Positions 47,202 to 58,344 of a DNA stretch of 64,000 bases are shown here, piece after piece. The notes under the pieces were generated by a model. It was not told the DNA's origin and searched no databases. It was given only the letters and a program-made list of their open reading frames with translations. Each line of letters starts with the position of its first letter. The stretch's first letter is position 1. Position numbers and translations under genes: made by a program. Origin of the DNA: Nitrospirota bacterium (lineage in GTDB: Bacteria > Nitrospirota > UBA9217); contig OY760142.1 in NCBI GenBank assembly GCA_963663225.1, positions 1 to 64,000 of the forward strand, given 5' to 3'.

Positions 47202-48041
47202 ATGAATATTGAAAAAAAACGTAAACTAGAAGGTTTCATTGCCCTCACGCTCAGTTCACTGGCGGCCGTAACCGGTTTGTTCTGGCTTATATTCATTCTC
47301 GGTGATGTCATTATTAACGGCATCGGCTCGCTTAATCTCAGCCTCTTTCTTCACGACCCCGTTCCTCCGGGAGACACGGGCGGGGGGCTCAGACATGCAT
47401 TTATCGGGCAGTTGATGATCACGATTTTTGCAACACTCATCGGGGTTCCGCTCGGCGTTCTGGGAGGAACCTTCCTCGCAGAATATGCCAAAAGGACCCG
47501 CTATGCGCGCGTTATCAGCGTACTGGCGGATATCATCGTCAGCGTTCCTTCCATCGTAGTAGGCACCTTCATCTATGCTTTGCTCGTGAGGCCTCTGGGA
47601 CATTTCAGCGGTTGGGCCGGCGCCGTTGCCCTTGCCGTTATCATGATTCCGGTGATCCTCAGAACTACGGAAGATATGCTGTCCATGGTGCCCTGGACTT
47701 TGCGGGAGGCCGCGTTCGCCCTGGGTGCCCCTTACTATAAGGTGATCATCCAGGTTGTTTATCGCGGGGCGGCAACAGGAATTCTGACCGGTATCCTGCT
47801 TTCCATAGCCCGGGTCGCCGGAGAAACAGCGCCCCTGCTCTTTACTTCATTCAACAACAATTTCTTTTCCCTGGACATGAATCGTCCGATAGCATCACTG
47901 ACGGTCACCATCTTTCAGTTTGCCATGGGGCCATACGACGACTGGCACAAACAGGCCTGGGCGGCATCCTTCGTCATAACGCTCTTTATTCTCATTGTGA
48001 CGCTCCTCGGCAGGCTTCTTCTTAAGTGGAGGTATAAATAG
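47202..48041 (+). CDS. pstA: Phosphate ABC permease PstA
   Basis: VPSIVVG, RTTE and [13 protein letters not shown]. Confidence 0.96.
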   Translation: MNIEKKRKLEGFIALTLSSLAAVTGLFWLIFILGDVIINGIGSLNLSLFLHDPVPPGDTGGGLRHAFIGQLMITIFATLIGVPLGVLGGTFLAEYAKRTRYARVISVLADIIVSVPSIVVGTFIYALLVRPLGHFSGWAGAVALAVIMIPVILRTTEDMLSMVPWTLREAAFALGAPYYKVIIQVVYRGAATGILTGILLSIARVAGETAPLLFTSFNNNFFSLDMNRPIASLTVTIFQFAMGPYDDWHKQAWAASFVITLFILIVTLLGRLLLKWRYK

Positions 48042-48805
48042 TGAACTCGACAACAGAAATCGAGGTCAAAAAACTGGATTTTTTCTACAGCGCCGATGTT
48101 CGTGCGCTTCAAAATATCTCGCTGCCGATTTATAAAAACAATGTCACCGCACTAATCGGTCCGTCGGGATGTGGAAAAACAACGCTCCTCCGCTGTTTCA
48201 ACCGGATGCATGACCTCTATCCCAATCACCGGTATGAAGGAGAAATACTGTTCCAGGGGTCCAACATCCTGTCAGGCGACGTTGATCTGATCAGTCTCAG
48301 AAGCAGGATCGGCATGGTTTTCCAGAAACCCACGCCGTTCCCCATGTCCATTGCCGACAATATCGCGTACGGCCTGAAACTGAAGGGCATCAAAAACAAA
48401 GGGGAGTTGACCGGGCGGATCGAACAGGCGCTTAAAAACGCCGTCCTCTGGAATGAAGTGCGGGACAAACTGAACGCGAGCGCCTATGAACTGTCGGGCG
48501 GACAGCAACAGAGGCTGGTGATCGCACGGGCCCTTGCCGTTGAACCGGAAGTACTGCTCTTCGATGAACCGACGTCGGCACTGGACCCCATTTCAACGGC
48601 AAAAATCGAGGAACTGGTCGTGACGCTCAAAAAAGATGTTTCGATCATTATTGTGACGCACAATATGCAGCAGGCAGCACGGGTATCGGACATGACAGGA
48701 TTTCTGTATATCGGTGAACTGATTGAATACGGGACTACCGAGAAAATATTCACCAACCCCGATAAAAAACAGACCGACGACTACATTACCGGAAGATTCG
48801 GATGA
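48041..48805 (+). CDS. pstB: Phosphate ABC ATPase PstB
   Basis: [25 protein letters not shown] and YITGRFG. Confidence 0.97.
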   Translation: MNSTTEIEVKKLDFFYSADVRALQNISLPIYKNNVTALIGPSGCGKTTLLRCFNRMHDLYPNHRYEGEILFQGSNILSGDVDLISLRSRIGMVFQKPTPFPMSIADNIAYGLKLKGIKNKGELTGRIEQALKNAVLWNEVRDKLNASAYELSGGQQQRLVIARALAVEPEVLLFDEPTSALDPISTAKIEELVVTLKKDVSIIIVTHNMQQAARVSDMTGFLYIGELIEYGTTEKIFTNPDKKQTDDYITGRFG

Positions 48806-48869
48806 TTTTTGATCAAATCGGAAACGCAGAGCATGCCGTTTGCTTTTGAAATGACTGAAGGAGAACTCT

Positions 48870-49562
48870 ATGTCCACACAAAAAGAGCAGGACCTTACCA
48901 AGCTCAAGGAAAAAATACTGAAGATGGGTGCAGCCGTTGAGGATGCAATCAAAAAATCCATCAAGGCGCTGGTGGACCGGGACCGGGACCTGGCACGCCG
49001 CGTAATAGACGGCGATTCCATCATTAATACGTATGATGTGGAGATCGAGGAGGAATGCATCCGATTTCTCGCTCTCTGGCAGCCAACCGGCAGCAATCTC
49101 CGCTTTGTGACCACCGCCATCAAGATCATCACGGATTTAGAACGCGTGGGAGACCTGGCCGTGGATATCTGCGAGCGGGTGATCGAGCTGTGCGATGAGC
49201 CTCCCCTCAAGCCGTACATCGACCTGCCGCGCATGGCTGAAGCCTCCCAAAAAATGCTCAAAGACAGCCTCGATGCTTTTCTGAAAAGGGACGCCGACCT
49301 CGCCATGCAGATATGCGCAGCGGACGATTTCGTCGACAACCTGAATCAGCAGATATTCAACGAGCTTCTGTTGTTCATGCTGAAAGATCCTCAAACCATA
49401 TCTCGGGCGGTACGCGTTACCGCCATCACAAAATACATGGAGCGCATAGCGGACCACTCAACAAATATTGCCGAAATGGTAGTCTATATGGTCAAAGGCA
49501 AGGTGATCCGGCACATGGCGTGCGAGGCCCCGCGTAAAGACAGCACACCTGATAAAAAATAG
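48870..49562 (+). CDS. phoU: Phosphate signalling protein PhoU
   Basis: DLERVGD and ERIADHSTNIAE. Confidence 0.96.
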   Translation: MSTQKEQDLTKLKEKILKMGAAVEDAIKKSIKALVDRDRDLARRVIDGDSIINTYDVEIEEECIRFLALWQPTGSNLRFVTTAIKIITDLERVGDLAVDICERVIELCDEPPLKPYIDLPRMAEASQKMLKDSLDAFLKRDADLAMQICAADDFVDNLNQQIFNELLLFMLKDPQTISRAVRVTAITKYMERIADHSTNIAEMVVYMVKGKVIRHMACEAPRKDSTPDKK

Positions 49563-49700
49563 CAGTATTTCCACCTGTTCATCCGCTCCTTTTTCATCCC
49601 GTGTTTTTCGAATAAACCAGTTAGGCTGCGATGGCCCCCTAGCCTCTGTTCAGGGGCCATCCTTCCACCTCTCATTCAATTCCTCAAAAAATTTAAATGT

Positions 49701-49729
49701 TTGACAAAGCATACAGCACAAGGTAAAAT
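49701..49729 (+). promoter_or_regulatory. Sigma70 promoter of the arn operon
   Basis: TTGACA-N17-TAAAAT. Confidence 0.6.
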
Positions 49730-49839
49730 CTATGCTCTGATAATATGCGCTATCAGTACGGCCATTCCTTGGCACATTGAGGCACGGCCACTCTCAAATC
49801 GGAATCCTTGTAGGCACGATCCACGCCAAACTAAAAATC

Positions 49840-51546
49840 ATGATGGTAAGCACCAAATCAACAGGAGGTCGGCTTCCTTTGCGCGACCTTATTCTTTTGA
49901 CCATTTTTTCCACGCTGCTTTTTTCCTTCATGCTCGGCAACCGTCCGCTGTCCGTGCCGGATGAAGGACGGTATGTGGAAATCCCCCGGGAAATGGTTGT
50001 TTCCGGAGATTATCTCACCCCCCGCCTGAACCAGGTAAAATATTTTGAAAAACCGGTGTTGTTTTACTGGCTCGAAGCCTTTTCCATAAAGCTTTTTGGT
50101 CTTCACGAATTTACGCTTCGCCTCTGGCCTGCGATAATGGCCCTTCTCGGCTGTCTTGCCGTTGCCGTCGCAGGCGCGAGGCTTTTCGACCGCATGACCG
50201 GAATTCTTGCAGGCGCAATACTCGCCACAAGTATTTTATATTATGCACTGAGCCGGGCAATTATTCTGGATCTCACGGTTTCGACCCTGTTGACTGCCGC
50301 ACTTCTCTCTTTTCTCATCGGAACACACGAGCCAGTCGGAACAAGGCGGCGGCTCTACCTCTGGTGTTTTTGCGCCTTCTCTGCGCTTGCAGTCCTGACC
50401 AAGGGGCTGATCGGCATTCTGATCCCGGGCATGGTGATCGGGGCCTGGATCCTGCTCCTGGGTGAATGGCGCATATTGAAAACCATCTATCTGCCGACGG
50501 GTCTTGCCCTCTTTTTGCTTATTGCGGCGCCGTGGCACATCATGGTCGGCAGGGCTAATCCCGAATTTTTCAATTTTTATTTTATCCATGAGCATTTTGT
50601 CCGTTATCTGACCAAAGTGCACGGGCGATATCAGCCGTTCTGGTTTTTTGTCCCGATCCTTCTTCTGGGTTTGTTTCCCTGGAGCGCTTTTCTTATTCAA
50701 TCGATCAAGCACAGCATGCCTTCTTCCTGGAAAGAGCGGCATGAACACCGGGACGCTCTTTTTCTCCTGCTGTGGGCCGGTTTGGTCTTCATTTTTTTCT
50801 CCATTTCCGACTCAAAACTGATCCCTTATATTTTGCCGATTTTCCCCCCTCTTGCCATTCTGATCGGCCGCTATTATGCCGCGGCATGGGACCGCAGCGA
50901 TTTCCCCGGCATTCGGGCCGGCTATCATGCCCTTGTCATTGTCGCACTTCTGCTGGCCGCGGTGTTGATTTCCCTGCCCTATTTCCGGCCCATCGTCTCC
51001 GCTGATGCGGGAGACATCCGGATGCTGGGCTACTGGCGGATCACAATCGCAGTGACCGTTGTCAGCGGCATTGCAGCATCGTGGGCTCTGGCGAAGTACC
51101 GTGGTTTCCGGCACGCTTTTATTGTCCTGACCGTGACTGCTGCGCTCTTTCTGATGGAAGCAAACGCGGCGGCGCCGCTTGTAGACACAAAATCCGTAAA
51201 AGATATTGCAATCGTACTCAAGACCAAAATCAAACCAGGTGAGGAAGTGGCAAGCTATCATACCTATTATCAGGACCTGCCGGTATATCTGGAACAGCGC
51301 ATTACCGTCGTGGATTGGAAGGGCGAACTGGAATTCGGCACCGAGGTGGAAGACACCAGCCAGTGGATGATCGACACCGCAACCTTCTGGAAGCGCTGGG
51401 AGGGACCTGTAACCATGTACATGATAACAAAGATTGAACTCTATGATGCTCTGCGCGTCAATCCGCGGATTAAGCTCTTTCCTGTCGCCCGGAATGCCAG
51501 ACATATCATTGTGTCCAATAACGAGGTGAAAGGGGTCGGTCAATGA
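49840..51546 (+). CDS. arnT: 4-amino-4-deoxy-L-arabinose transferase
   Basis: PDEGRY.EI.REM, YFEKP, LTKG and SKLIPYILP; start uncertain. Confidence 0.92.
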   Translation: MMVSTKSTGGRLPLRDLILLTIFSTLLFSFMLGNRPLSVPDEGRYVEIPREMVVSGDYLTPRLNQVKYFEKPVLFYWLEAFSIKLFGLHEFTLRLWPAIMALLGCLAVAVAGARLFDRMTGILAGAILATSILYYALSRAIILDLTVSTLLTAALLSFLIGTHEPVGTRRRLYLWCFCAFSALAVLTKGLIGILIPGMVIGAWILLLGEWRILKTIYLPTGLALFLLIAAPWHIMVGRANPEFFNFYFIHEHFVRYLTKVHGRYQPFWFFVPILLLGLFPWSAFLIQSIKHSMPSSWKERHEHRDALFLLLWAGLVFIFFSISDSKLIPYILPIFPPLAILIGRYYAAAWDRSDFPGIRAGYHALVIVALLLAAVLISLPYFRPIVSADAGDIRMLGYWRITIAVTVVSGIAASWALAKYRGFRHAFIVLTVTAALFLMEANAAAPLVDTKSVKDIAIVLKTKIKPGEEVASYHTYYQDLPVYLEQRITVVDWKGELEFGTEVEDTSQWMIDTATFWKRWEGPVTMYMITKIELYDALRVNPRIKLFPVARNARHIIVSNNEVKGVGQ

Positions 51547-51908
51547 TATATCTTCCCTTAATTTTGCTCGGCGTGCTGCTGAATGCTGCGGCGCAGCTTT
51601 TTCTCAAGGAAGGAATGCGCAGAATCGGCTATTTCGAATTCACCTGGACCAATGCCATCCCCATCGGACTGCAGGCTGCCGGAAATATATTTGTGCTCGG
51701 TGGCCTGCTCTGCTATGTCATAAGCGTCGTGGTCTGGTTGATGGTTCTCTCCCGCGTAGAAGTAAGTTATGCCTATCCGTTACTGAGCGTTGGGTACATC
51801 GTAAATGCCGTCGCGGGATACTATCTCTTTCAGGAAAATCTTTCCCTGGTGCGCATCACGGGGATACTGATCATTTGCATCGGCGTGTACTTTGTTACAA
51901 AGAGCTGA
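51543..51908 (+). CDS. Undecaprenyl-P-L-Ara4N flippase subunit (ArnE/F-like, SMR/EamA)
   Basis: Four TM segments, LSRVEVSYAYPLLS, and position in the arn operon. Confidence 0.85.
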   Translation: MIYLPLILLGVLLNAAAQLFLKEGMRRIGYFEFTWTNAIPIGLQAAGNIFVLGGLLCYVISVVVWLMVLSRVEVSYAYPLLSVGYIVNAVAGYYLFQENLSLVRITGILIICIGVYFVTKS

Positions 51909-51951
51909 TCGTCGTAACAGTATCGATACCCATAAGGAATGAGGAACCTCT

Positions 51952-53127
51952 ATGTCAAATACTCAAAATGATGAATTCCTTCCCTTCTCGCGTCCTTCCA
52001 TCAGTCAGGCAGCCATCGATGAAGTTGTGGCGTGTTTGAAATCGGGTTGGATCACCACGGGGCCGCGCGTAAAACAGTTTGAGGATGACCTGAAGGCCTA
52101 TCTCGGAGCACCACATGTGCTTGCCCTTACCTCGGCAACTGCGGGCCTGCATCTGGTGCTTGTCGCGCTTCAGTTGAAACCCGGCGATGAAGTGATCACG
52201 ACCCCCATGACATTCGCGGCCACTCTGAACACGATCGTTCTTGCCGGCGGCAAACCGGTTCTTGTGGACGTCGAACCGGGCACCTATAACATGGATGTGT
52301 CAAAAATTGAACGGGCTCTCACCAAACGCACCCGCGCCATCATGCCCGTTCATTTTGCCGGTTTGCCGGTGGACCTTGACCCGTTGTACGACATTGCACA
52401 AAAATACAACCTTCGGGTTATTGAGGATGCAGCCCACGCCATCGGCACGGAATACAAAGACAAACGCATCGGAAGCTTCGGCGATGTTCAGGTCTTCAGT
52501 TTCCATCCCAACAAAAACATGACAACCGGCGAAGGCGGCTGTGTTGCCACGCGCGACGAAAAATTAGCCGCCGACATAGCGCTTCTGCGGTTTCACGGCA
52601 TGGACCGCGAAGCATGGAACCGCTTCGGGAAAAAAGGCAGCCAGCATTATGAAATAATCTCGCCCGGGTACAAGTATAATATGATGGACATTCAGGCGGC
52701 CATCGGAATTCATCAGCTGAAGCAGCTGGATGGATTCATCAAACGGCGGACGGAAATTGCCCACAGATATCACTCACTCCTCGCGGACTGGCCGCAATGG
52801 ACGCTGACGTCCTCCCCGGTGTTTTCGCATCTGCATGCCTGGCACCTTTATACGCCGCTCATCAATCCGCAGGCGGCGGGCATGGACCGTGATGCCTTCA
52901 TGCAAGGCATGAAAGACCGCAATATTGGCACCGGCCTGCACTACCGTGCTGTGCATTTGTATCCGTACTATCGAGAACAGTTCGGCTTTAAGCGCGGAGA
53001 CTTTCCGCACGCTGAAACCATCTCTGACCGCATCGTAAGTCTTCCGCTGTTCCCGGCCTTGACTGACGCAGATCAGGACCGTGTGGTCGAGGCCATGGCC
53101 GATCTCTTCGGGAGGAAACCCGTATGA
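51952..53127 (+). CDS. arnB: UDP-4-amino-4-deoxy-L-arabinose aminotransferase
   Basis: FLPFSRP, SGWITTGP, EDAAHA and SFHPNKNMTTGEGG. Confidence 0.93.
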   Translation: MSNTQNDEFLPFSRPSISQAAIDEVVACLKSGWITTGPRVKQFEDDLKAYLGAPHVLALTSATAGLHLVLVALQLKPGDEVITTPMTFAATLNTIVLAGGKPVLVDVEPGTYNMDVSKIERALTKRTRAIMPVHFAGLPVDLDPLYDIAQKYNLRVIEDAAHAIGTEYKDKRIGSFGDVQVFSFHPNKNMTTGEGGCVATRDEKLAADIALLRFHGMDREAWNRFGKKGSQHYEIISPGYKYNMMDIQAAIGIHQLKQLDGFIKRRTEIAHRYHSLLADWPQWTLTSSPVFSHLHAWHLYTPLINPQAAGMDRDAFMQGMKDRNIGTGLHYRAVHLYPYYREQFGFKRGDFPHAETISDRIVSLPLFPALTDADQDRVVEAMADLFGRKPV

Positions 53128-54065
53128 GCAAACCCTCCATAAGCGTTGTCATACCGGTTTATAACGAGCAGGACAATCTTGAAACTCTTTTTGCGCGTCT
53201 GACGGCGGTAATGGACAAACTCGGGAAGTCCTTTGAAATCATATTTACCAACGACGGAAGCCGCGACCGTTCCGGTGTCATGCTGAAAGAATTTCATGAC
53301 CGACGGCCGAAGCAGGTGCGTGTTATCGATTTTAACGGCAATTTCGGCCAGCATATGGCGATCATGGCCGCGTTCGAACGGGTGCGCGGCGAAATCATCA
53401 TAACTCTCGACGCCGACCTTCAAAATCCTCCGGAAGAAATCCCCAAACTGGTTGCTGCCATGGAAGCAGGGCATGACGTGGTCGGAGGATACCGTAAAAA
53501 CCGCCAGGACACTTTTTTCAGAAAATATGCCTCGCGTGTTATCAACGGCATCCGCGCAAAAATCACCAATATCCGCATGCGCGACCAGGGGTGCATGCTC
53601 CGGGCGTACCGAAAAAACATCATCGAGAATATTGTTGCAAGCGAAGAAGCCTCGACTTTCATCCCCGCCCTCGCGCACAGTTTCGCATCGAATCCAACCG
53701 AGGTGGAAGTGGAACACGCGGCCCGCGCAGCAGGGGAGTCAAAATACAGGCTTTATGACCTGATCCGGCTTAACTTCGATCTTATGACGGGCTTTTCCGT
53801 GGTCCCCCTCCAGATATTTACACTTATCGGCATGGTCGTATCAGTGCTCTCCATCCTGTTTGTAATATATCTGTTCATCCGCAGGTTGCTGATCGGCCCC
53901 GAAGCAGAAGGTGTGTTCACACTGTTCGCGATCCTCTATTTTCTCGTGGGCATCGGCATCATGGGACTCGGCATTATCGGCGAGTATGTCGGCCGCATCC
54001 ACAAGGAAGTACGCAGACGACCCCGCTTTGTAATCCGGAAAGTGTATGAGAGGACCGATGAATAA
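53124..54065 (+). CDS. arnC: Undecaprenyl-phosphate Ara4FN transferase
   Basis: VIPVYNE, NFGQH.A and LDADLQNPPEEIP. Confidence 0.93.
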   Translation: MSKPSISVVIPVYNEQDNLETLFARLTAVMDKLGKSFEIIFTNDGSRDRSGVMLKEFHDRRPKQVRVIDFNGNFGQHMAIMAAFERVRGEIIITLDADLQNPPEEIPKLVAAMEAGHDVVGGYRKNRQDTFFRKYASRVINGIRAKITNIRMRDQGCMLRAYRKNIIENIVASEEASTFIPALAHSFASNPTEVEVEHAARAAGESKYRLYDLIRLNFDLMTGFSVVPLQIFTLIGMVVSVLSILFVIYLFIRRLLIGPEAEGVFTLFAILYFLVGIGIMGLGIIGEYVGRIHKEVRRRPRFVIRKVYERTDE

Positions 54066-54993
54066 ACCCAGTATACTGGTTTTTGCCTACCACGACGTAG
54101 GATATGAATGCCTGAACCTCCTGATAGAACGCCGCGAAAACATTCTGGCCGTCATCACCCATGAAGACAATCCGACGGAACAGATATGGTTCAAATCCGT
54201 GAAGGAGCTTGCCGCCCGGAACAACATTCCGGTATGTACCCCCCAGTCTGTCAACACCCCTGAGTGGATCGACCGCATCCGGGCCTGGGCGCCGCAGCTG
54301 ATATTTTCCTTTTACTACCGCAATATGATCAAGGAAGATATTTTAAGCATCCCGCCCCTCGGCGCTTTCAACATGCATGGTTCTCTCCTGCCCAAATACC
54401 GGGGACGGGTGCCGATCAACTGGGCCGTCCTGCACGGTGAAAAAGAGAGCGGTGTGACCCTGCACTACATGGTGAAGCGGGCCGACGCAGGCGACATTGT
54501 TGACCGGCAGGCTGTTCCGATTTTGCATGATGATACCGCACAGGCTGTATTTCAAAAAGTAGTAAAAGCCGCCCATGTCGTCCTCGAGCGCCAGATTGAC
54601 GCATTGCTGAACGGAACGGCGCCCCGCCAAAAACAGGATGAATCGCAGGCAACCTACTTCGGCGGACGGAAACCGGAAGACGGAAGGATTGACTGGACAC
54701 AGAGCGCTGAAAAGATATATAATCTCATCCGCGCGGTTACCCATCCGTATCCGGGGGCTTTCACCGAACAAGACGGAAAGCGCCTCTTCATCTGGTGGGC
54801 GCGACCATGCAAAGACCATGATTTCAGCGGTGCACCAGGACAAGTTTTGTCCGAAAAACCTCTTCGGGTGGCAACCGGCAGCGGCTGCCTCGAAATTTTG
54901 ACGTTTCAGTGGGAAGGATCGGAAGAGCAGAACGCCGCGGACGAAACACACAATCTGCGCAAAAAACAGTTTCTGGGAAGCCAGGGACTTTGA
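54058..54993 (+). CDS. arnA: UDP-L-Ara4N formyltransferase (ArnA N-terminal half as a separate gene)
   Basis: FAYHDVG, SFYYR and NMHGSLLPKYRGR. Confidence 0.9.
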   Translation: MNKPSILVFAYHDVGYECLNLLIERRENILAVITHEDNPTEQIWFKSVKELAARNNIPVCTPQSVNTPEWIDRIRAWAPQLIFSFYYRNMIKEDILSIPPLGAFNMHGSLLPKYRGRVPINWAVLHGEKESGVTLHYMVKRADAGDIVDRQAVPILHDDTAQAVFQKVVKAAHVVLERQIDALLNGTAPRQKQDESQATYFGGRKPEDGRIDWTQSAEKIYNLIRAVTHPYPGAFTEQDGKRLFIWWARPCKDHDFSGAPGQVLSEKPLRVATGSGCLEILTFQWEGSEEQNAADETHNLRKKQFLGSQGL

Positions 54994-55029
54994 ACCGGAA
55001 AGAAATTTATCAGATCGGAGAATTACATT

Positions 55030-56070
55030 ATGGCCCTCAAGATTTTAATCCTCGGAGTAAACGGTTTTATCGGAAACAGCCTTACGGAATATATCTTAAA
55101 ACACAAGGACTGGGAAGTATACGGCATGGACATGTCCTGTGATAAACTTGATCAATGCCTGGGTCATGAACGGTTTCACTTTGTCGAGGGCGACATTACC
55201 ATCAATAAAGAATGGATCGAGTATCATGTCCGAAAATGCGATATCATCATCCCGCTCGTTGCCATTGCCACGCCGGCGACGTACGTGCTGGATCCATTGC
55301 GGGTGTTTGAACTCGATTTTGAGGCCAACCTCGCTGTTGTACGCAAATGCGTGCAATACAAAAAACGGGTGATTTTCCCGTCAACATCGGAAGTATACGG
55401 TATGTGCGCCGACCGGGAATTTGATGAAGAATCATCAAATTTAATACTCGGACCGATCAACAAACCACGCTGGATATATTCCTGTTCCAAACAGCTGCTG
55501 GACCGGGTCATTCATGCCTATGCCATGAAAGAAGGCCTGCGGTACACGCTCTTCCGTCCGTTCAACTGGATTGGTCCAAAACTCGACAACATCCTTGAGC
55601 CGAAGGAAGGCAGTTCACGCGTGCTTACGCAATTTATCGGCAACACGCTGCGCGGAAAAGACATTCTGCTGGTCGACGGCGGCGCACAACGCCGGAGCTT
55701 TACGTATATCGACGACGGCATCGAAGCACTGATCCGCATCATCGAGAACAAAAACAACTCCGCTGACGGACGCATTTTCAATATCGGTAATCCGGCAAAC
55801 GACATGTCAATCCGGGAACTTGCGGAAACACTCATTGCGCTCATAAAGACATACCCCAACTACGCGAAACTCGCGGAAAGCGTCAAGATCGTAAACGTAC
55901 AGTCCAAAGAATACTATGGAGAAGGATACCAGGATATCCAGACCCGCGTTCCATCCATTAAAAATGCGGAAAAGTACCTTGGTTGGAAACCGACCACCGA
56001 TTTCAAAACCGCGCTCAAGAAAACACTGGATTATCATCTCGGAAGGCCGTCAAGCGAACTGAGCGAATAA
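55030..56070 (+). CDS. arnA: UDP-glucuronate oxidase/decarboxylase (ArnA C-terminal half)
   Basis: ILGVNGFIG, PSTSEVYG, RWIYSCSKQL and RPFNW. Confidence 0.93.
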   Translation: MALKILILGVNGFIGNSLTEYILKHKDWEVYGMDMSCDKLDQCLGHERFHFVEGDITINKEWIEYHVRKCDIIIPLVAIATPATYVLDPLRVFELDFEANLAVVRKCVQYKKRVIFPSTSEVYGMCADREFDEESSNLILGPINKPRWIYSCSKQLLDRVIHAYAMKEGLRYTLFRPFNWIGPKLDNILEPKEGSSRVLTQFIGNTLRGKDILLVDGGAQRRSFTYIDDGIEALIRIIENKNNSADGRIFNIGNPANDMSIRELAETLIALIKTYPNYAKLAESVKIVNVQSKEYYGEGYQDIQTRVPSIKNAEKYLGWKPTTDFKTALKKTLDYHLGRPSSELSE

Positions 56071-56135
56071 CGGATTCAGAGCCATGCCGGTTCGCAGCAA
56101 AACTGGCTGTTGCTCCTGCTTCCTGTGCAAAATGA

Positions 56136-57065
56136 ATGCATAACATGGATACGGAAAATCCCATCCTCGCCATCAAAATAGACGTTGACACTGACCGTGG
56201 TACCCGTATTGGCGTCCCGAACCTTGTCGACCTTTTTGAGGAGTTTTCCGTCAAGGCAACATTCCTTTTCTCCCTCGGCCCGGACAATACGGGCCGCGCC
56301 ATAAAACGCATTTTCCGACCCGGATTTCTCAAAAAAGTGAGCCGTACCAGCGTCCTCTCCACATACGGCATCCGTACTCTTCTGAACGGCGTGCTCCTTC
56401 CCGGCCCTCATGTCGGAAGACACAACGAAACTATCATGCGAAAAACGCGCGACCTCGGCCATGAGGTAGGAATCCACTGCTACGATCATATACGCTGGCA
56501 AGATGGACTTGTGAATATGTCAAAGAATGAAGTATATGAAGAATTCGGCAAAGCACGGCGGGAGTTCGAACGCATTTTTAGCAGACCAGCCACAACCGCA
56601 GGAGCGGCAGGCTGGCAGGCAAACGGCTTCAGTCTTGCTGCTTATGACGATGCCGGCCTCTTGTATGCCAGCGATACGCGGGGGTCCCACCCCTTCTTTC
56701 CGCGTATAGCCAATACTGTCTACAAGACCATCCAGATACCCTCGACACTCCCCACACTGGACGAACTGCTCGGCCGACCGGAATACCCCGAGCAGCGCAT
56801 CGTCAACCATTACCTGTCACTCCTCCGGCCCGGCACATTGAATGTCTTTACGATCCATGCTGAAATAGAGGGCATGAGCAAGATGCCCCTGTTTCGCTCG
56901 TTCCTGGAAGCCGTAAAGCAGTCGGATATTCAAATCGTTACGCTGGACGTCTGGGCTCGTCGTCTGCACGATAATCCTTCCCGTGTTCCTGTCTGCGACT
57001 TGATTCAGGGAACAGTTGATGGACGAAGCGGCACACTCGCGGTCCAGCAATGCCCCGACAGATAA
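56136..57065 (+). CDS. arnD: Ara4FN deformylase (polysaccharide deacetylase family)
   Basis: KIDVDT.RGT, GPDNTGR, TLPTLDE and TIHAE.EG. Confidence 0.92.
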   Translation: MHNMDTENPILAIKIDVDTDRGTRIGVPNLVDLFEEFSVKATFLFSLGPDNTGRAIKRIFRPGFLKKVSRTSVLSTYGIRTLLNGVLLPGPHVGRHNETIMRKTRDLGHEVGIHCYDHIRWQDGLVNMSKNEVYEEFGKARREFERIFSRPATTAGAAGWQANGFSLAAYDDAGLLYASDTRGSHPFFPRIANTVYKTIQIPSTLPTLDELLGRPEYPEQRIVNHYLSLLRPGTLNVFTIHAEIEGMSKMPLFRSFLEAVKQSDIQIVTLDVWARRLHDNPSRVPVCDLIQGTVDGRSGTLAVQQCPDR

Positions 57066-57206
57066 TCACACCGGTTCCACGGCCAAAACCTGCTTCGTTT
57101 CCCATTTCTGCATAGTGATTCCAGATTCTTTTTGACAATTCTCTTATATTCCTCTATAGTTAAGGTACATGAAGCAACCCTGTCAAATCAGCTGAAGGAG
57201 ATATGA

Positions 57207-58268
57207 ATGATCCCGACCATAGAATGGAAAGACGGTGTCGTGCGGATGCTGGACCAGTCAAAACTGCCCCTCGAAACCATCTATATTGAATGTAAAGACT
57301 ATCAGACAGTGGCCCGCGGAATCAAGGAACTCTGGGTTCGCGGCGCCCCGGCAATCGGAATATCGGCAGCCATGGGGCTGGCGCTCGGCGCAAGGCAGAT
57401 ATCAGCCGATACTTTTGATGCATTCTGGACACAGTTTGAGGAAATCTGCGCTTTTATGGCTGCCACGAGACCGACCGCGGTAAACCTCTTTTGGGCCATC
57501 GAGCGGATCAAAAAAATAGCACAAGACAACAGGGAGAAGGAACTGGATGCCCTAAGGGAGATCATTGTGCAGGAATCGCAGCGTATGCTGGAAGAAGATA
57601 TCGAGACAAACAAATTGATCGGAAGCTATGGCTCTCTGTTTGTATCAGATGGCGACAATATCATCACGCACTGCAATGCAGGATCCATCGCGACTGCCGG
57701 TTATGGGACGGCGCTCGGCGTAATGAGAACGGCTTCGTCTGAGGGGAAAAAAATCCATGTTTTCGTTGATGAAACACGCCCTGTGCTTCAGGGTGCGCGT
57801 TTGACTGCGTGGGAACTCATGCAAGAAAAAATCCCCTGCACACTGATTACCGACAATATGGCCGGATACTTTATGTTCCGTGATATGGTCGACCTCGCCG
57901 TTGTCGGAGCGGACCGCATTGCACGCAACGGTGATGTAGCGAACAAAATCGGCACCTACAGCCTCGCGGTGCTCTGCAAGGAGCATGGAATTCCGTTTTA
58001 CGTGGCTGCTCCCTTTGCAACACTGGATTTCAATCTTGAATCAGGCTCATCGATCCCCATCGAGGAGCGCGATCCTCGTGAAGTTACCCATGTTTTCGGC
58101 AAAGTCCAAATAGCACCAGATGGCGTGACGGTACTGAATCCGGCATTTGATGTTACTCCGGCCCGTTACATTACAGCCATCATAACTGAAAAAGGCGCTT
58201 TCCACCCGAAGGACATCCGCAAACTTGCCGATGGGAAAACCGACCCGGAACAACTGAGAATAAAATAA
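57207..58268 (+). CDS. mtnA: S-methyl-5-thioribose-1-phosphate isomerase
   Basis: [28 protein letters not shown] and NKIGT. Promoter TTGACA-N17-TATAGT at 57132-57160. Confidence 0.96.
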   Translation: MIPTIEWKDGVVRMLDQSKLPLETIYIECKDYQTVARGIKELWVRGAPAIGISAAMGLALGARQISADTFDAFWTQFEEICAFMAATRPTAVNLFWAIERIKKIAQDNREKELDALREIIVQESQRMLEEDIETNKLIGSYGSLFVSDGDNIITHCNAGSIATAGYGTALGVMRTASSEGKKIHVFVDETRPVLQGARLTAWELMQEKIPCTLITDNMAGYFMFRDMVDLAVVGADRIARNGDVANKIGTYSLAVLCKEHGIPFYVAAPFATLDFNLESGSSIPIEERDPREVTHVFGKVQIAPDGVTVLNPAFDVTPARYITAIITEKGAFHPKDIRKLADGKTDPEQLRIK

Positions 58269-58344
58269 CATAGTGCCGCTCTTTCCGAAGTTCTGTGCAT
58301 TCTCCGCTCAGAAGACTGATCTTATGCATACATGAGGGGGCTAC

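Noticed and set aside
54058-56070. Split arnA as a frameshift or novelty
   Set aside because: Both halves have their own start and stop, and separate formyltransferase and decarboxylase genes are known in other bacteria such as Burkholderia.
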